64,000 nucleotides of DNA from an uncultured Actinomycetes bacterium. GTDB taxonomy: Bacteria > Actinomycetota > Thermoleophilia > Gaiellales > Gaiellaceae. Numbering within the stretch: position 1 is the stretch's first letter; each line of letters begins with the position of its first letter. A model generated the notes under the pieces. That model was given only the letters and a program-made list of their open reading frames with translations. It did not search any database and was not told the DNA's origin. This document shows positions 8,254 to 16,994 of this stretch, piece after piece. Both the position numbers and the translations under genes were made by a program. The DNA lies in assembly GCA_963847475.1 (NCBI GenBank), contig CAWJZZ010000009.1, positions 88,038 through 152,037 on the forward strand, written 5' to 3'.

Positions 8254-10193
8254 GGCGTCGTCAGCGTCGTGGTCGTGCCGTCGCCGCCGGGTGAGCCGGA
8301 CAGCTGCCCGACGTGAATCGTCACGATCTCCCCTGCCTTCGCGTCGGCGCCCGCCGCCGGGTCGGTCGAGAGCACGATCCCGTCCTGGCTCGGGTCGGTG
8401 ACCGGGTCGGTGATCACCGCGACGTTGAGACCGGCGCCTTGCAGGATCGACGTCGCATCGGCCTGGCTCTGGCCGGTGACGTCCGGGATCTGGGTCGTCG
8501 CCGGGCCCTTGGAGACGGACAGCGTGATCCTCGCGCCCTTGGCGACGCTGCTGCCCGCCGGCGGATCGGAGGCGACGACGACGCCCTGCGCCTGGTCGGA
8601 CTGGATGTCGACCCGCGAAACCGTGAATCCCTGGCCCTGGAGCGCCGATCTCGCGTTCGCGAACGGCTCGCCCGTCACGTCCGGCACCTGCACGGGCTTC
8701 GCGCCGCGCGAGACGTTGATCCGCACCTTGGTCCCCTTCGGGACGCGGTCTCCGGCATGTGGCTGCTGCGCCGTCACCGTGTCTGGCTGCGCGGTCGAGT
8801 ATTGGCGGACGATGTTCGGATCGAGGCCGAGCTGCGCCAGTGTCGCCACCGCCTGGTTGACGTCCTGGCCGACGACGCTCGGCACCTGAACCTGGGGCAC
8901 GCCGCTCGAGACGGTCAGCGTCACGGTCGAGCCCTTGCCGACCTTGGAGCCGCCTGCCGGGTTCTCGTCCGAGACCTGGCCCTCGGGCACGGTGTCGCTC
9001 GGGGCGGTGAAGACACGCGGCACAAGGCCTGCCTCCTGGATCTTCGCGACAGCGAGCGAGCGCGCCAGCAGCCGCACATCGGGCACGGCGACCGGCTTGT
9101 TCTGGTTCAGCTGATCCTGGATCTTGTTGTAGAGGAGCCAGCCGCCGATCCCGCCGGCGATGATCAGCCCGAGCGCGATCAGCCACGGCCACACCGAACG
9201 GCCGCGCGGCGGTTCCTCGTAGTACTGCCCCGGCGCCCGATAGACCGGTGGTGCCGGGGGTGCGACACCGCGCGGCCGCGTGACCATGGTCGCCGCCGTC
9301 GTGATCCCGGCACCCGCGAGCACCTGCGTCATCGCGTCCTCGGTCTCGCGCGAGACCGCGACGCCGCGCGCGACGCGCGCGAGGTCGGCGTCCATCTCCT
9401 CGGCCGAGCCGTAGCGCTGGTCGGGGTCCTTCGCAAGGGCGCGCGTGACCACCGCGTCGAGGTCGTGCGGGACGTCGGGGCGCAGCTCCGACGGCGGTGT
9501 CGGTACCTGCGAGAGGTGCTTCATCGCGATCTCGACCGGCGTGTCGCCGGTGAACGGGACGGCGCCGGTGAGCATCTCGTAGAGCACGACGCCCAGCGAG
9601 TAGAGGTCGGAGCGAGGATCGACGGGCGCGCCCCGTGCCTGCTCCGGCGAGAGGTACTGGGCCGTGCCCACGATCGAGCCGACCTCGGTCATCTGGGACG
9701 CACCCGACCGGGCGATCCCGAAGTCCGTCACCTTGAGGCGCCCGTCTCCGCCGACGACGATGTTGTGCGGCTTGATGTCGCGGTGGACGATCCCGTTCCG
9801 GTGCGCGAACGACAGCGCACTCAGGATCTGTCGCGCGTAGTCGATCGCGATCGGGATCGGCGTCGGTCCGTTACGGACGAGTAGCTCCTTGAGCGTGCGC
9901 CCATCGAGGTACTCCATCGCGATGTAGTAGGTGCCCTCGGCGCGCCCCCGGTCGAAGATCGAGACGATGTTGGGGTGGTTGAGCCCGGCGGCGCTCTGCG
10001 CTTCGCGCCGGAAACGCTCGACGAACTGCTCGTCGGAGGCGTGGCGATCGTCGAGCAGCTTGAGCGCGACCTGCCGCCCGAGCTCCTGGTCCTCGGCCAG
10101 GTAGACGTCGGCCATTCCACCTGAGCCGAGCTTGCGCTTGATCACGTAGCGCGTGTCGAAGATGCGGTCGATCAGGGTGTCGGAGGTGGTCAT
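8250..10193 (-). CDS. pknB: PASTA-domain Ser/Thr protein kinase
   Basis: 647 aa; GSGGMADVY, HRDIKPHNIVV, DFGIARS, AQYLSPEQ; TM WPWLIALGLIIAGGIGGWLL; four PASTA-like repeats (VPDV.G...A...L...GL...). Confidence 0.9.
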   Translation of the reverse strand: MTTSDTLIDRIFDTRYVIKRKLGSGGMADVYLAEDQELGRQVALKLLDDRHASDEQFVERFRREAQSAAGLNHPNIVSIFDRGRAEGTYYIAMEYLDGRTLKELLVRNGPTPIPIAIDYARQILSALSFAHRNGIVHRDIKPHNIVVGGDGRLKVTDFGIARSGASQMTEVGSIVGTAQYLSPEQARGAPVDPRSDLYSLGVVLYEMLTGAVPFTGDTPVEIAMKHLSQVPTPPSELRPDVPHDLDAVVTRALAKDPDQRYGSAEEMDADLARVARGVAVSRETEDAMTQVLAGAGITTAATMVTRPRGVAPPAPPVYRAPGQYYEEPPRGRSVWPWLIALGLIIAGGIGGWLLYNKIQDQLNQNKPVAVPDVRLLARSLAVAKIQEAGLVPRVFTAPSDTVPEGQVSDENPAGGSKVGKGSTVTLTVSSGVPQVQVPSVVGQDVNQAVATLAQLGLDPNIVRQYSTAQPDTVTAQQPHAGDRVPKGTKVRINVSRGAKPVQVPDVTGEPFANARSALQGQGFTVSRVDIQSDQAQGVVVASDPPAGSSVAKGARITLSVSKGPATTQIPDVTGQSQADATSILQGAGLNVAVITDPVTDPSQDGIVLSTDPAAGADAKAGEIVTIHVGQLSGSPGGDGTTTTLTTP

Positions 10194-10206
10194 GATGAGT
10201 GCCGGT

Positions 10207-11709
10207 CTACTTCGACGCTGCTGGCAGCATCGCCTCCATCAGCTGTTTCGCGATCGGGGCGGACACCGAGCCCCCGAAGCCGTTCAGCTGGTGCTCCAGC
10301 ACCACGGCGCCTGCGATCTGCGGATTGTCGGCGGGGGCGAAGAAGATGAACCATGCCGTATAGACGCGATTCTGGCCGGTTTCGGCAGTTCCCGTCTTGC
10401 CGGCGACCTTGACGCCGGGGATCGCCGCCGCCGTCCCGGTTCCCGACTGTACGACCGCCTGCATCATCTGATTCAGGACGGCCGCGGTCGCCGGCTTCAT
10501 CGCCCGGCGCAACACCTTCGGCTTCACTCTGACGACGACGTTGCCGTTCGGCGAGGTGATCTTCTTGATCACGTGCGGCTCCATCACCACGCCGCCGTTC
10601 GCGACGGCTCCGGCGACCATCGCCATCTGCAGCGGTGTGACGAGCAGGTGCTCCTGGCCGAACGCGAGCCGCCCCGGATCGACGATCGCAGCGTTGTCGT
10701 ACAGAGCGTGCTTCTTCAGGTTGTAGAGCCCGCTCGCGGCGATCTCGTTCGACGGAAGCTCGAGCGGCGGCTTCGAGTAGAACCCGAACTGCTTCGCCTC
10801 GTCGAGTACTCGCTTGGCGCCGAGCGTCTTGCCGATGTTGCAGAAGACTGCGTTGATCGAGTGCTGGAACGCCTGGACGAGGGTCACGTTTCCGTACTGC
10901 TCCGGCCCGTTCTGGTCGGGGTTGCCGGCGTTGTAGACCTTCTGGCCGTACAGCTCGCAGTAGCCCGGGTCGAAGAATCTGGAGTCGGCCGTGTACTTGC
11001 CGGAGTCGAGTGCAGCGGCCGCCGTGACCGTCTTGAAGGTCGACCCGGGCGAGTAGAGCCCCTGGGTGGCGCGGTTCAGCAGGGCGGCCGACGAGCCGGG
11101 GCAGGCGGCGGGGGCATGGATGATGCTCGCGTAGCCGTTCGCCGACTCGATGCGGTTCGGGTTGTACGTGGGCGACGACGCCATCACGTAGACGGCACCC
11201 GTCTTCGGGTTCAGCACCACGGCAGCTCCGCACTTGCCGCGGAGCAACGACTCGGCCAGCTTCTGCGCGCCCGGCTTCAGGTGCAACTCGATGTTGTTGC
11301 CACGGACGGTCGTGCCCTTCAGCTTGTCGGTGATCTTGTCCCAGATCGTCCCGAGGTTTGCGTTCGCTGCGGTCAGGTACGCGTTCTGCGAGCGCTCGAG
11401 TCCGGCGCGCGCGCGGCCCTGTGTCGAGTAGCCGACGGTCTGCGACGCGAAGCCGTTGGTGGGGTACACCCGGAAGTAGAGAGTCGAGCTGCCGGACTTC
11501 TTGGCGACGTTCCGTGCGAGTACCGTCTTGCCGTCCCCGGCGTAGATCAGGCCCCGCTTGATCTCGAACTGCGCCACGCGTTGGATCGCGTTGTCCTGCC
11601 GCGCGGAGAGGCCGGGCGCGGCCCACACCTGCCAGTACGTCGTCGCCGCGATCAGCGAGGCGAGCAACAGCAGTGAGACGATCGCGATGCGTGAGATCTG
11701 CTGGTTCAT
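10207..11709 (-). CDS. pbpA: Class-B penicillin-binding protein (transpeptidase)
   Basis: 500 aa; N-terminal TM; SxxK (SPGSTFKTV), SxN (HSINAVF), KTG (AGKTGTAE). Confidence 0.9.
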   Translation of the reverse strand: MNQQISRIAIVSLLLLASLIAATTYWQVWAAPGLSARQDNAIQRVAQFEIKRGLIYAGDGKTVLARNVAKKSGSSTLYFRVYPTNGFASQTVGYSTQGRARAGLERSQNAYLTAANANLGTIWDKITDKLKGTTVRGNNIELHLKPGAQKLAESLLRGKCGAAVVLNPKTGAVYVMASSPTYNPNRIESANGYASIIHAPAACPGSSAALLNRATQGLYSPGSTFKTVTAAAALDSGKYTADSRFFDPGYCELYGQKVYNAGNPDQNGPEQYGNVTLVQAFQHSINAVFCNIGKTLGAKRVLDEAKQFGFYSKPPLELPSNEIAASGLYNLKKHALYDNAAIVDPGRLAFGQEHLLVTPLQMAMVAGAVANGGVVMEPHVIKKITSPNGNVVVRVKPKVLRRAMKPATAAVLNQMMQAVVQSGTGTAAAIPGVKVAGKTGTAETGQNRVYTAWFIFFAPADNPQIAGAVVLEHQLNGFGGSVSAPIAKQLMEAMLPAASK

Positions 11710-11719
11710 GCGGGCGCGG

Positions 11720-13042
11720 TCATACGGAGTTGGCGCGGTGGGAGACGAGCAACAGGCCGGCGAGCAACAGGAAGTTCGCGACCACCGACGAGCCGCCGTA
11801 CGAGACGAACGGCAGCGTGATGCCGGTCAGCGGGATCAGGCGCAGGACGCCGCCGACGATGATGAACGTCTGCAAAGCGAAGCCGAAGGTCAGGCCGGCG
11901 GCCAGCAGCTTCGAGAAGCCGTCGTCCGCCTGCAGCGCCACCTTCATGCCGCGCGCGACGAACAGCATGTAGACGAGCAGCAGCGCCGCGGCTCCGATCA
12001 GGCCGAGCTCCTGCGCCAGCGCCGAGTAGATGAAGTCACTGTTCACGTACGGGATCAGCGCATGCCCATCGGTCGTCGTGAAGGTTCCCTTGCCGAGCCC
12101 CGCGCCACCGAAGCCGCCGTTGCCGATCGAGTAGAGCGACTTGACGAGCTGGTAGCTCTCGCAGTCCTGCCGCAGCGCCAGCCCGCCGGTCGTCGGGCAG
12201 TAGACCCGCGATGTCGTCCACGGGTGGAGCCAGATCGTGACGCGTTCGTGGACGTGCGGTATCCGCTCGTAGGCTGCCCAGCCGCCGACGAGGAAGAGCC
12301 CGATCCCGACGAGCACGAACGAGAGGCGTGCGGTTGCGATGTAGAGCATCGCGAGGAAGATCCCGAAGTAGAGGAGCCCCGAGCCGAGGTCGTTCGACGA
12401 GACGAGCACCAGCATGCAGGCGCCCCAGATCACGAGCAGAGGACCGACATCCTTGAGGCGCGCCTGCGCGAGCACCTCGCGCTTCTCCCGCAGGTAGGCG
12501 GCGAGGAAGACGATCAGGAAGATCTTCGAGAACTCGCCCGGCTGGAAGCGAAACGCACCGACATGAACCCAGAGCCGCGCACCGTTGACGGTCGTGCCGA
12601 TGTGCGGGACACGTGGGAGGAAGAGCAGCGCGATCGCCCCGATCCCGAAGAGATACTTGTAGTGCTCGAGCACCCGGTAATCGCGGCGTAGGCCGAGGAG
12701 CGCGACCGCGAACAGCGCCACGCCGATCACGATCCAGAGGCCCTGCTTGAACGCGTCGTCGGCGCCGAGGCGGTAGATCTCGGTCACGCCGACGGCGGTG
12801 AGCAGGCCGGCAATCGGGAGCAGGTAGGGGTCGGCGTTCGGAACCGTCAGCCGCGCGACGATGTGTGCCGCGAGGTAGAGACCGAAGAAGAAGAGCGCGT
12901 AGCTGAGCGACCCCCAGCTGACGAGGGACTGCCGGGCGATGTAGACGGAGGCGAAACCGAGCCCGGTCAGGACGCCGACGCCGATCAGGTAGAGCAGCTC
13001 GCGGTTGCGGAGGGAAAGCGTTGTCAGCGCGCGAGCCCCCAC
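11720..13042 (-). CDS. rodA: FtsW/RodA/SpoVE-family peptidoglycan polymerase
   Basis: 440 aa polytopic; NSDFIYSALAQELGLIG, PLTGITLPFVSYGGSS; position between PP2C and PBP as in actinobacterial fhaA-pknB clusters. Confidence 0.9.
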   Translation of the reverse strand: MGARALTTLSLRNRELLYLIGVGVLTGLGFASVYIARQSLVSWGSLSYALFFFGLYLAAHIVARLTVPNADPYLLPIAGLLTAVGVTEIYRLGADDAFKQGLWIVIGVALFAVALLGLRRDYRVLEHYKYLFGIGAIALLFLPRVPHIGTTVNGARLWVHVGAFRFQPGEFSKIFLIVFLAAYLREKREVLAQARLKDVGPLLVIWGACMLVLVSSNDLGSGLLYFGIFLAMLYIATARLSFVLVGIGLFLVGGWAAYERIPHVHERVTIWLHPWTTSRVYCPTTGGLALRQDCESYQLVKSLYSIGNGGFGGAGLGKGTFTTTDGHALIPYVNSDFIYSALAQELGLIGAAALLLVYMLFVARGMKVALQADDGFSKLLAAGLTFGFALQTFIIVGGVLRLIPLTGITLPFVSYGGSSVVANFLLLAGLLLVSHRANSV

Positions 13043-13986
13043 CAGACCAGCACGACGATGACGACGATCAGCGCCACGATCACGGTGAGCGCCAGGAGCC
13101 GTCTGCCGAGCCCTGCCTGCGGGGCTGACGTTTCCTCGGTCTGCGATGCGCCGGCCGGCGGCGGAGCGACCGCGTCCTCCGGGTGAAGGGTGTCCTCCTC
13201 GTCGGGCTCCGACACGTACTCGCGTGTCCGTTCGTCCGGCTCGACCGGCGCGGGCGGGCCTTCGACCAGCTCGAACAGGACAGCCGTGATGTTGTCGTCA
13301 CCGCCCGCGCGGTTGGCAGCGAGCACCAGCGAGCGCGCTGCCTCCTCGAGATTCGCACGGTGCTCTCGCAGGATCGCCTCGATCGTCGGCCCGTCGACCA
13401 TGTCCGAGAGCCCGTCGGAGCAGATCAGGTACACGTCGCCCGCCTCGCCGACCACCGAGAACGCGTCGACGTCGACGTCCGGGTCGGTGCCGAGTGCGCG
13501 GGTGATCACCGACCGCTGCGGGTGCACCTCCGCGGCCTCGGCGGACAGCTCGCCGCGCCTGACCAGTTCGGCGACGAGCGAGTGATCGTCGGTCAGTTGC
13601 TCGAGGTTGTTGGCGCGCAGCAGGTAGGCACGCGAGTCGCCCACGTGACCGAACGTGACGCTGCCGTCGTCCTCGACGCGGGCGACAGTGATCGTCGTAC
13701 CCATGCCGGAGGTCTCGGCGTCGGTCGACGCGCGCTCGTGGACGCGGCGGTTCGCTTCCTGGATCAGCTGCACGACGATGTGCTCGCCGCCGCTGTCTCC
13801 GCGCGCCTCGTTCAACGCGTCGGCGGCGAGCGCCGAGGCGACCTCGCCGGCGCGCGCGCCGCCCATCCCGTCCGCAATCGCGAAGAGCGGCGGCTGGAAG
13901 ACGTACGAATCCTCATTGTGGTGCCGTTTGCGGCCCGGGTCGGTGCGGACCTCCTTCTGACCGATCTGCAGAGCTCTACTGCTCAC
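13024..13986 (-). CDS. pstP: PP2C-family Ser/Thr phosphatase with C-terminal TM
   Basis: 320 aa; HNEDS, ADGMGGARAGEVAS, ICSDGLSDMV, GGDDNITAV; C-terminal TM LLALTVIVALIVVIVVLVWW; GTGA overlap with fhaB stop. Confidence 0.9.
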   Translation of the reverse strand: MSSRALQIGQKEVRTDPGRKRHHNEDSYVFQPPLFAIADGMGGARAGEVASALAADALNEARGDSGGEHIVVQLIQEANRRVHERASTDAETSGMGTTITVARVEDDGSVTFGHVGDSRAYLLRANNLEQLTDDHSLVAELVRRGELSAEAAEVHPQRSVITRALGTDPDVDVDAFSVVGEAGDVYLICSDGLSDMVDGPTIEAILREHRANLEEAARSLVLAANRAGGDDNITAVLFELVEGPPAPVEPDERTREYVSEPDEEDTLHPEDAVAPPPAGASQTEETSAPQAGLGRRLLALTVIVALIVVIVVLVWWGLAR

Positions 13987-14474
13987 GGCTCGAACCTCAG
14001 ATCGGTTTCGCCGACCCGCACGACGTCGCCGGGCGTCAGCCGCCGGTCGCGCGTCAGGCGGATGCCGTTCACGAACGTGCCGTTCGTCGAGCCGATGTCC
14101 TCGACGTAGACGCCGTCCCGACGCGGCTCGAAGCGCGCATGGCGTCCGGAGGCGAACTCGTCCTCCGGCAGCGCGACGTCGTTGTTGCCGGCGCGTCCCA
14201 CGGTCAGAGGATGCGCATCGAATGAGACGACATCGCCTTCGCTCAGCGCCGGGCTTGAAAGCACGACCAGTCGGCCGAGCGCGCGTGTCACCGGCTGGGG
14301 CACGAGGCCGGCGGCCGCTGCCTGCTGCGGGCCGAGGATCATCGACTCCTGCGGCACGCGGAGGTCACGCGCGGCCGAGCGCACGATCCGCCAGATGAAG
14401 AGGTAGAGGAGGACCAGAAACGCGATCTTGAGCAGGAGGAGCGTGCTCTCCACCTGGGCCGAAGCCAGCGTCAT
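13983..14474 (-). CDS. fhaB: FHA-domain protein (membrane-anchored)
   Basis: 163 aa; N-terminal TM, C-terminal FHA (LTVGRAGNNDVALPEDEFASGRHARF...IGSTNGTFVNG). Confidence 0.85.
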   Translation of the reverse strand: MTLASAQVESTLLLLKIAFLVLLYLFIWRIVRSAARDLRVPQESMILGPQQAAAAGLVPQPVTRALGRLVVLSSPALSEGDVVSFDAHPLTVGRAGNNDVALPEDEFASGRHARFEPRRDGVYVEDIGSTNGTFVNGIRLTRDRRLTPGDVVRVGETDLRFEP

Positions 14475-14523
14475 GCGCGCTCCGGCGCCGGCGGGCCCGG
14501 CACCTCCACTCGTTGCAGACGGC
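14475..14523 (-). promoter_or_regulatory. fhaA-fhaB spacer carrying hairpin GGTGCCGG-GCCCG-CCGGCGCC abutting the SD GGAG
   Basis: Reverse strand reads ...GGAGGTGCCGGGCCCGCCGGCGCCGGAGCGCGC-ATG; same stem and SD arrangement as upstream of ppa and glnA2, different loop. Confidence 0.35.
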
Positions 14524-15288
14524 TCATGCGGTCTCCCGCGAGAAGGCGATCTCGGTGGAGCCGATCGTGAACCGGGTTCCGTCCTCGAGCTTCAGGCGCT
14601 TGATCCGCTTGCCCCGGACCTCGACGCCGTTCGTGGAGTCGAGGTCGATCAGCCAGAAGGCCGCACCCTCCTGTCGCAGCTCGGCGTGCCGGCGCGAGAC
14701 GTTCGGGTCGACTACCTGGAGGTCGGCCTCCTTCGACCGCCCGAGGACGACGCGACCCTGGTCGATCTCGTGGCGCTCGCCGTTCCAGCGCAGCACGGCG
14801 ACTTCGCGGACCTCGGGTACCACCGGTGGCGCTGCCTCGGTCGGCTGTGGCACGGGCGCCGGGGTCGGCTTGTAGATCATCGTGTGCCCGGTCTCGGCCG
14901 CGACGGCCTGTCCGCCGGACGTCTGGACGAGGCGCGTCGCGATCCCGAAGACGCCCACATCGAGGTCGTCGTCGGTGTCGAGCTGCACCTGGGGCGAGGT
15001 CAGCAGGGCGTAGTTCTCGCGCCGCGCGTGCTCGGCGAGGTAGTCGGACAGCTCGGCGCAGAGCTGTTTCTCGTAGCTCGAGAACTGCTCGCGGTCGCCG
15101 GGCGAGAGGAAGACGGTGTATTCGTTCGGCACGTAGACGCGCGAGACCGAGACGTTGCGATGGTCGTCCATCTCCTTGACGAGCTTCCGGGCGAGCTCCA
15201 CCGGTTGCACGTTCGTGCGGAAGGCACGGCCGAACACGCCCTCGAAGAGCGACTCGAGCTTCGATTCGATGGCGCGGAGCACGGACAT
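14524..15288 (-). CDS. fhaA: FhaA-like protein (DUF3662-type N-domain + FHA)
   Basis: C-terminal 254 aa of the 800-aa track ORF, from ATG 15288: MSVLRAIESKLESLFEGVFGRAF...VQPVELARKL (FhaA N-domain), FHA at end (GRSKEADLQVVDPNVSRRHAEL...STNGVEVRG). Confidence 0.85.
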   Translation of the reverse strand: MSVLRAIESKLESLFEGVFGRAFRTNVQPVELARKLVKEMDDHRNVSVSRVYVPNEYTVFLSPGDREQFSSYEKQLCAELSDYLAEHARRENYALLTSPQVQLDTDDDLDVGVFGIATRLVQTSGGQAVAAETGHTMIYKPTPAPVPQPTEAAPPVVPEVREVAVLRWNGERHEIDQGRVVLGRSKEADLQVVDPNVSRRHAELRQEGAAFWLIDLDSTNGVEVRGKRIKRLKLEDGTRFTIGSTEIAFSRETA

Positions 15289-15323
15289 GGCGGCGTCCGG
15301 AGAGTTCCCCGGAAGAGGGAAGT

Positions 15324-16926
15324 CTACGGTCTCGGTTCGACGGCCAGCGCCGCCCCGGTCAGCCACGCGCCGATCACAAACGGCAGCACGGCGGCGCTCG
15401 GTGCGAGCAGGGCCGTGGCAGCGAGCAGCAGCGGCGCAAACCCCGCTGCCGCCCACGGGCCCTGCCTGCGAACGTGAGGGATGGCGGCTGCTGCGACCGC
15501 CAGGACCAGGGCTTCGGCGACCAGTGCCGGATGGGCGCCGAGCTGGGCTGCGAGTGTGTGTGCGACGGCGCTCGGGCGGTCGGAGCCGGTGATCCCGACA
15601 CCGAGGGGTGGTGTCTGTCCGTCGAAGGGAAGCGGTGCGCGCCGCAGGCCCGCGACCACCGCCGCCAGCAGGATCGCCGTTGCAGCGAGCAGCCCCCGGC
15701 GCGCCCGTCCGCGGGCGAGCTGCGCGGCGATCGGGACGAGCGTGAGGGCGGCGAGGGGCGCGAGCAGCGGCCCGAGCGCCGGCAGGAGACCGGTTCGAGC
15801 GTCGCGCCAGTTGAGGATGGTCCAGCCGGCCGCGAGCACTGCGTAGACCGCCGCGAGACCGAGCGAGATGTTCGCGAGCGGGAAGAACGCCACTGTGAGC
15901 GCGAACAGGAGACCCGCCCGAGGCGCAGCCGCGCCGACGGCGACCCCGAGGACGGCGAGGGCCGCGGGCCAGTTCTGCGGATAGAACGGCAGCGTCGCCG
16001 AGACCCAGCCTGCCGCGAGCCCCGTCAGGGCCCCGGGAAGCAGCCGCTCGCTCAGGAGCTCGCGCTTCGTCCGCGGCTGCCGCGGCGGCTTGGTGCTTCT
16101 TCTGGCGGCGGCGCTTCGGCAACGAGCGAAGCTCCTCGGCGAGCGAAGCGGCCGTGGGCCGTCGCTGCGGGCTCGCGCCCAGGGCGCTTGCGACCGTGTC
16201 GAGCACGTGCCGAGACAGGTCGGGACGGAGCGACTCGAGCGGCGGTGCACCCTGCTGGATGCGCCGGGACGTCTCCGTCAGGTCGCCGCCCCAGAACGGA
16301 TGCTCGCCGGCGAGGGCCTCCCAGAGCAGCACACCGACCGCCCAGATGTCCGCGGCGGGGGTGGCGGTCTCGCCGTGCAGGCGCTCAGGCGAGATGTACG
16401 CGAGCGTGCCCGGGATGTCGCCGAGGCCGGTCAGCGTGTCGAACTCGGCCATCTGCGCCAGTCCGAAGTCGAGCAGCCGCACGTCGATCCCGCCCGCCTC
16501 GGCGAGCAGCACGTTCGACGGCTTCACGTCGCGGTGCACGATCCCCCGGCCGTGCGCGTGCGCCAGGGCTTCGGCGATCTGTGCAGCGACCTCGACGGCC
16601 CCTGCGTCGTCGAGCGCTCCGCTGCGGATTGCCTCGCGCAGCGTGCGGCCAGGGATGTACTCGTAGGCGATGTACACGTGTGCCGGATCGCGAGCGAGCG
16701 CGATGATCCGCTGACAGCGTGGGTGGCGCAGCGAGGCTGCTGCGCGCGCCTCTCGCTCCGCCCGGTGACCCGACTTGCCTTCACGGGGCACGATCTTCAG
16801 CGCGACGTCGAGCCCGCTCCCTTCGTCCCGGGCCAGCCAGACGTGGCCCATCCCGCCGGAGCCGAGCGGCCGGATCGGTCGGTACCTGCCGAGGAAGAGC
16901 TCGTGCGCTTGCGCCGTCGAGGACAC
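15324..16926 (-). pseudogene. Ser/Thr protein kinase fused to a polytopic membrane domain; frame broken once as given
   Basis: Kinase domain from GTG 16926 (GSGGMGHVW, HRDVKPSNVLL, DFGLAQ, LAYISPER) degenerates into Arg/Pro noise after ...LRSLPKRRRQKKHQ. Hydrophobic multi-TM sequence (...LLPGALTGLAAGWVSATLPFYPQNW...) continues in the adjacent frame to the stop at 15324. Span 1603 nt = 3n+1, consistent with one extra base near 16060-16100. Confidence 0.7.
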
Positions 16927-16994
16927 CCTCGGGAGTTACTGCTCGGAGGGGGCAAACCCTTCTCCGACCGCCTATCACGGTACATTCGCCCTGG

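Noticed and set aside
14524-16926. 800-aa ORF suggesting a single kinase-FhaA fusion protein
   Set aside because: The middle about 270 aa are Arg/Pro/Gly noise. The hydrophobic domain is in another frame ending at 15324, and FhaA has its own ATG at 15288. Long open frames are expected by chance in stop-poor GC-rich DNA.
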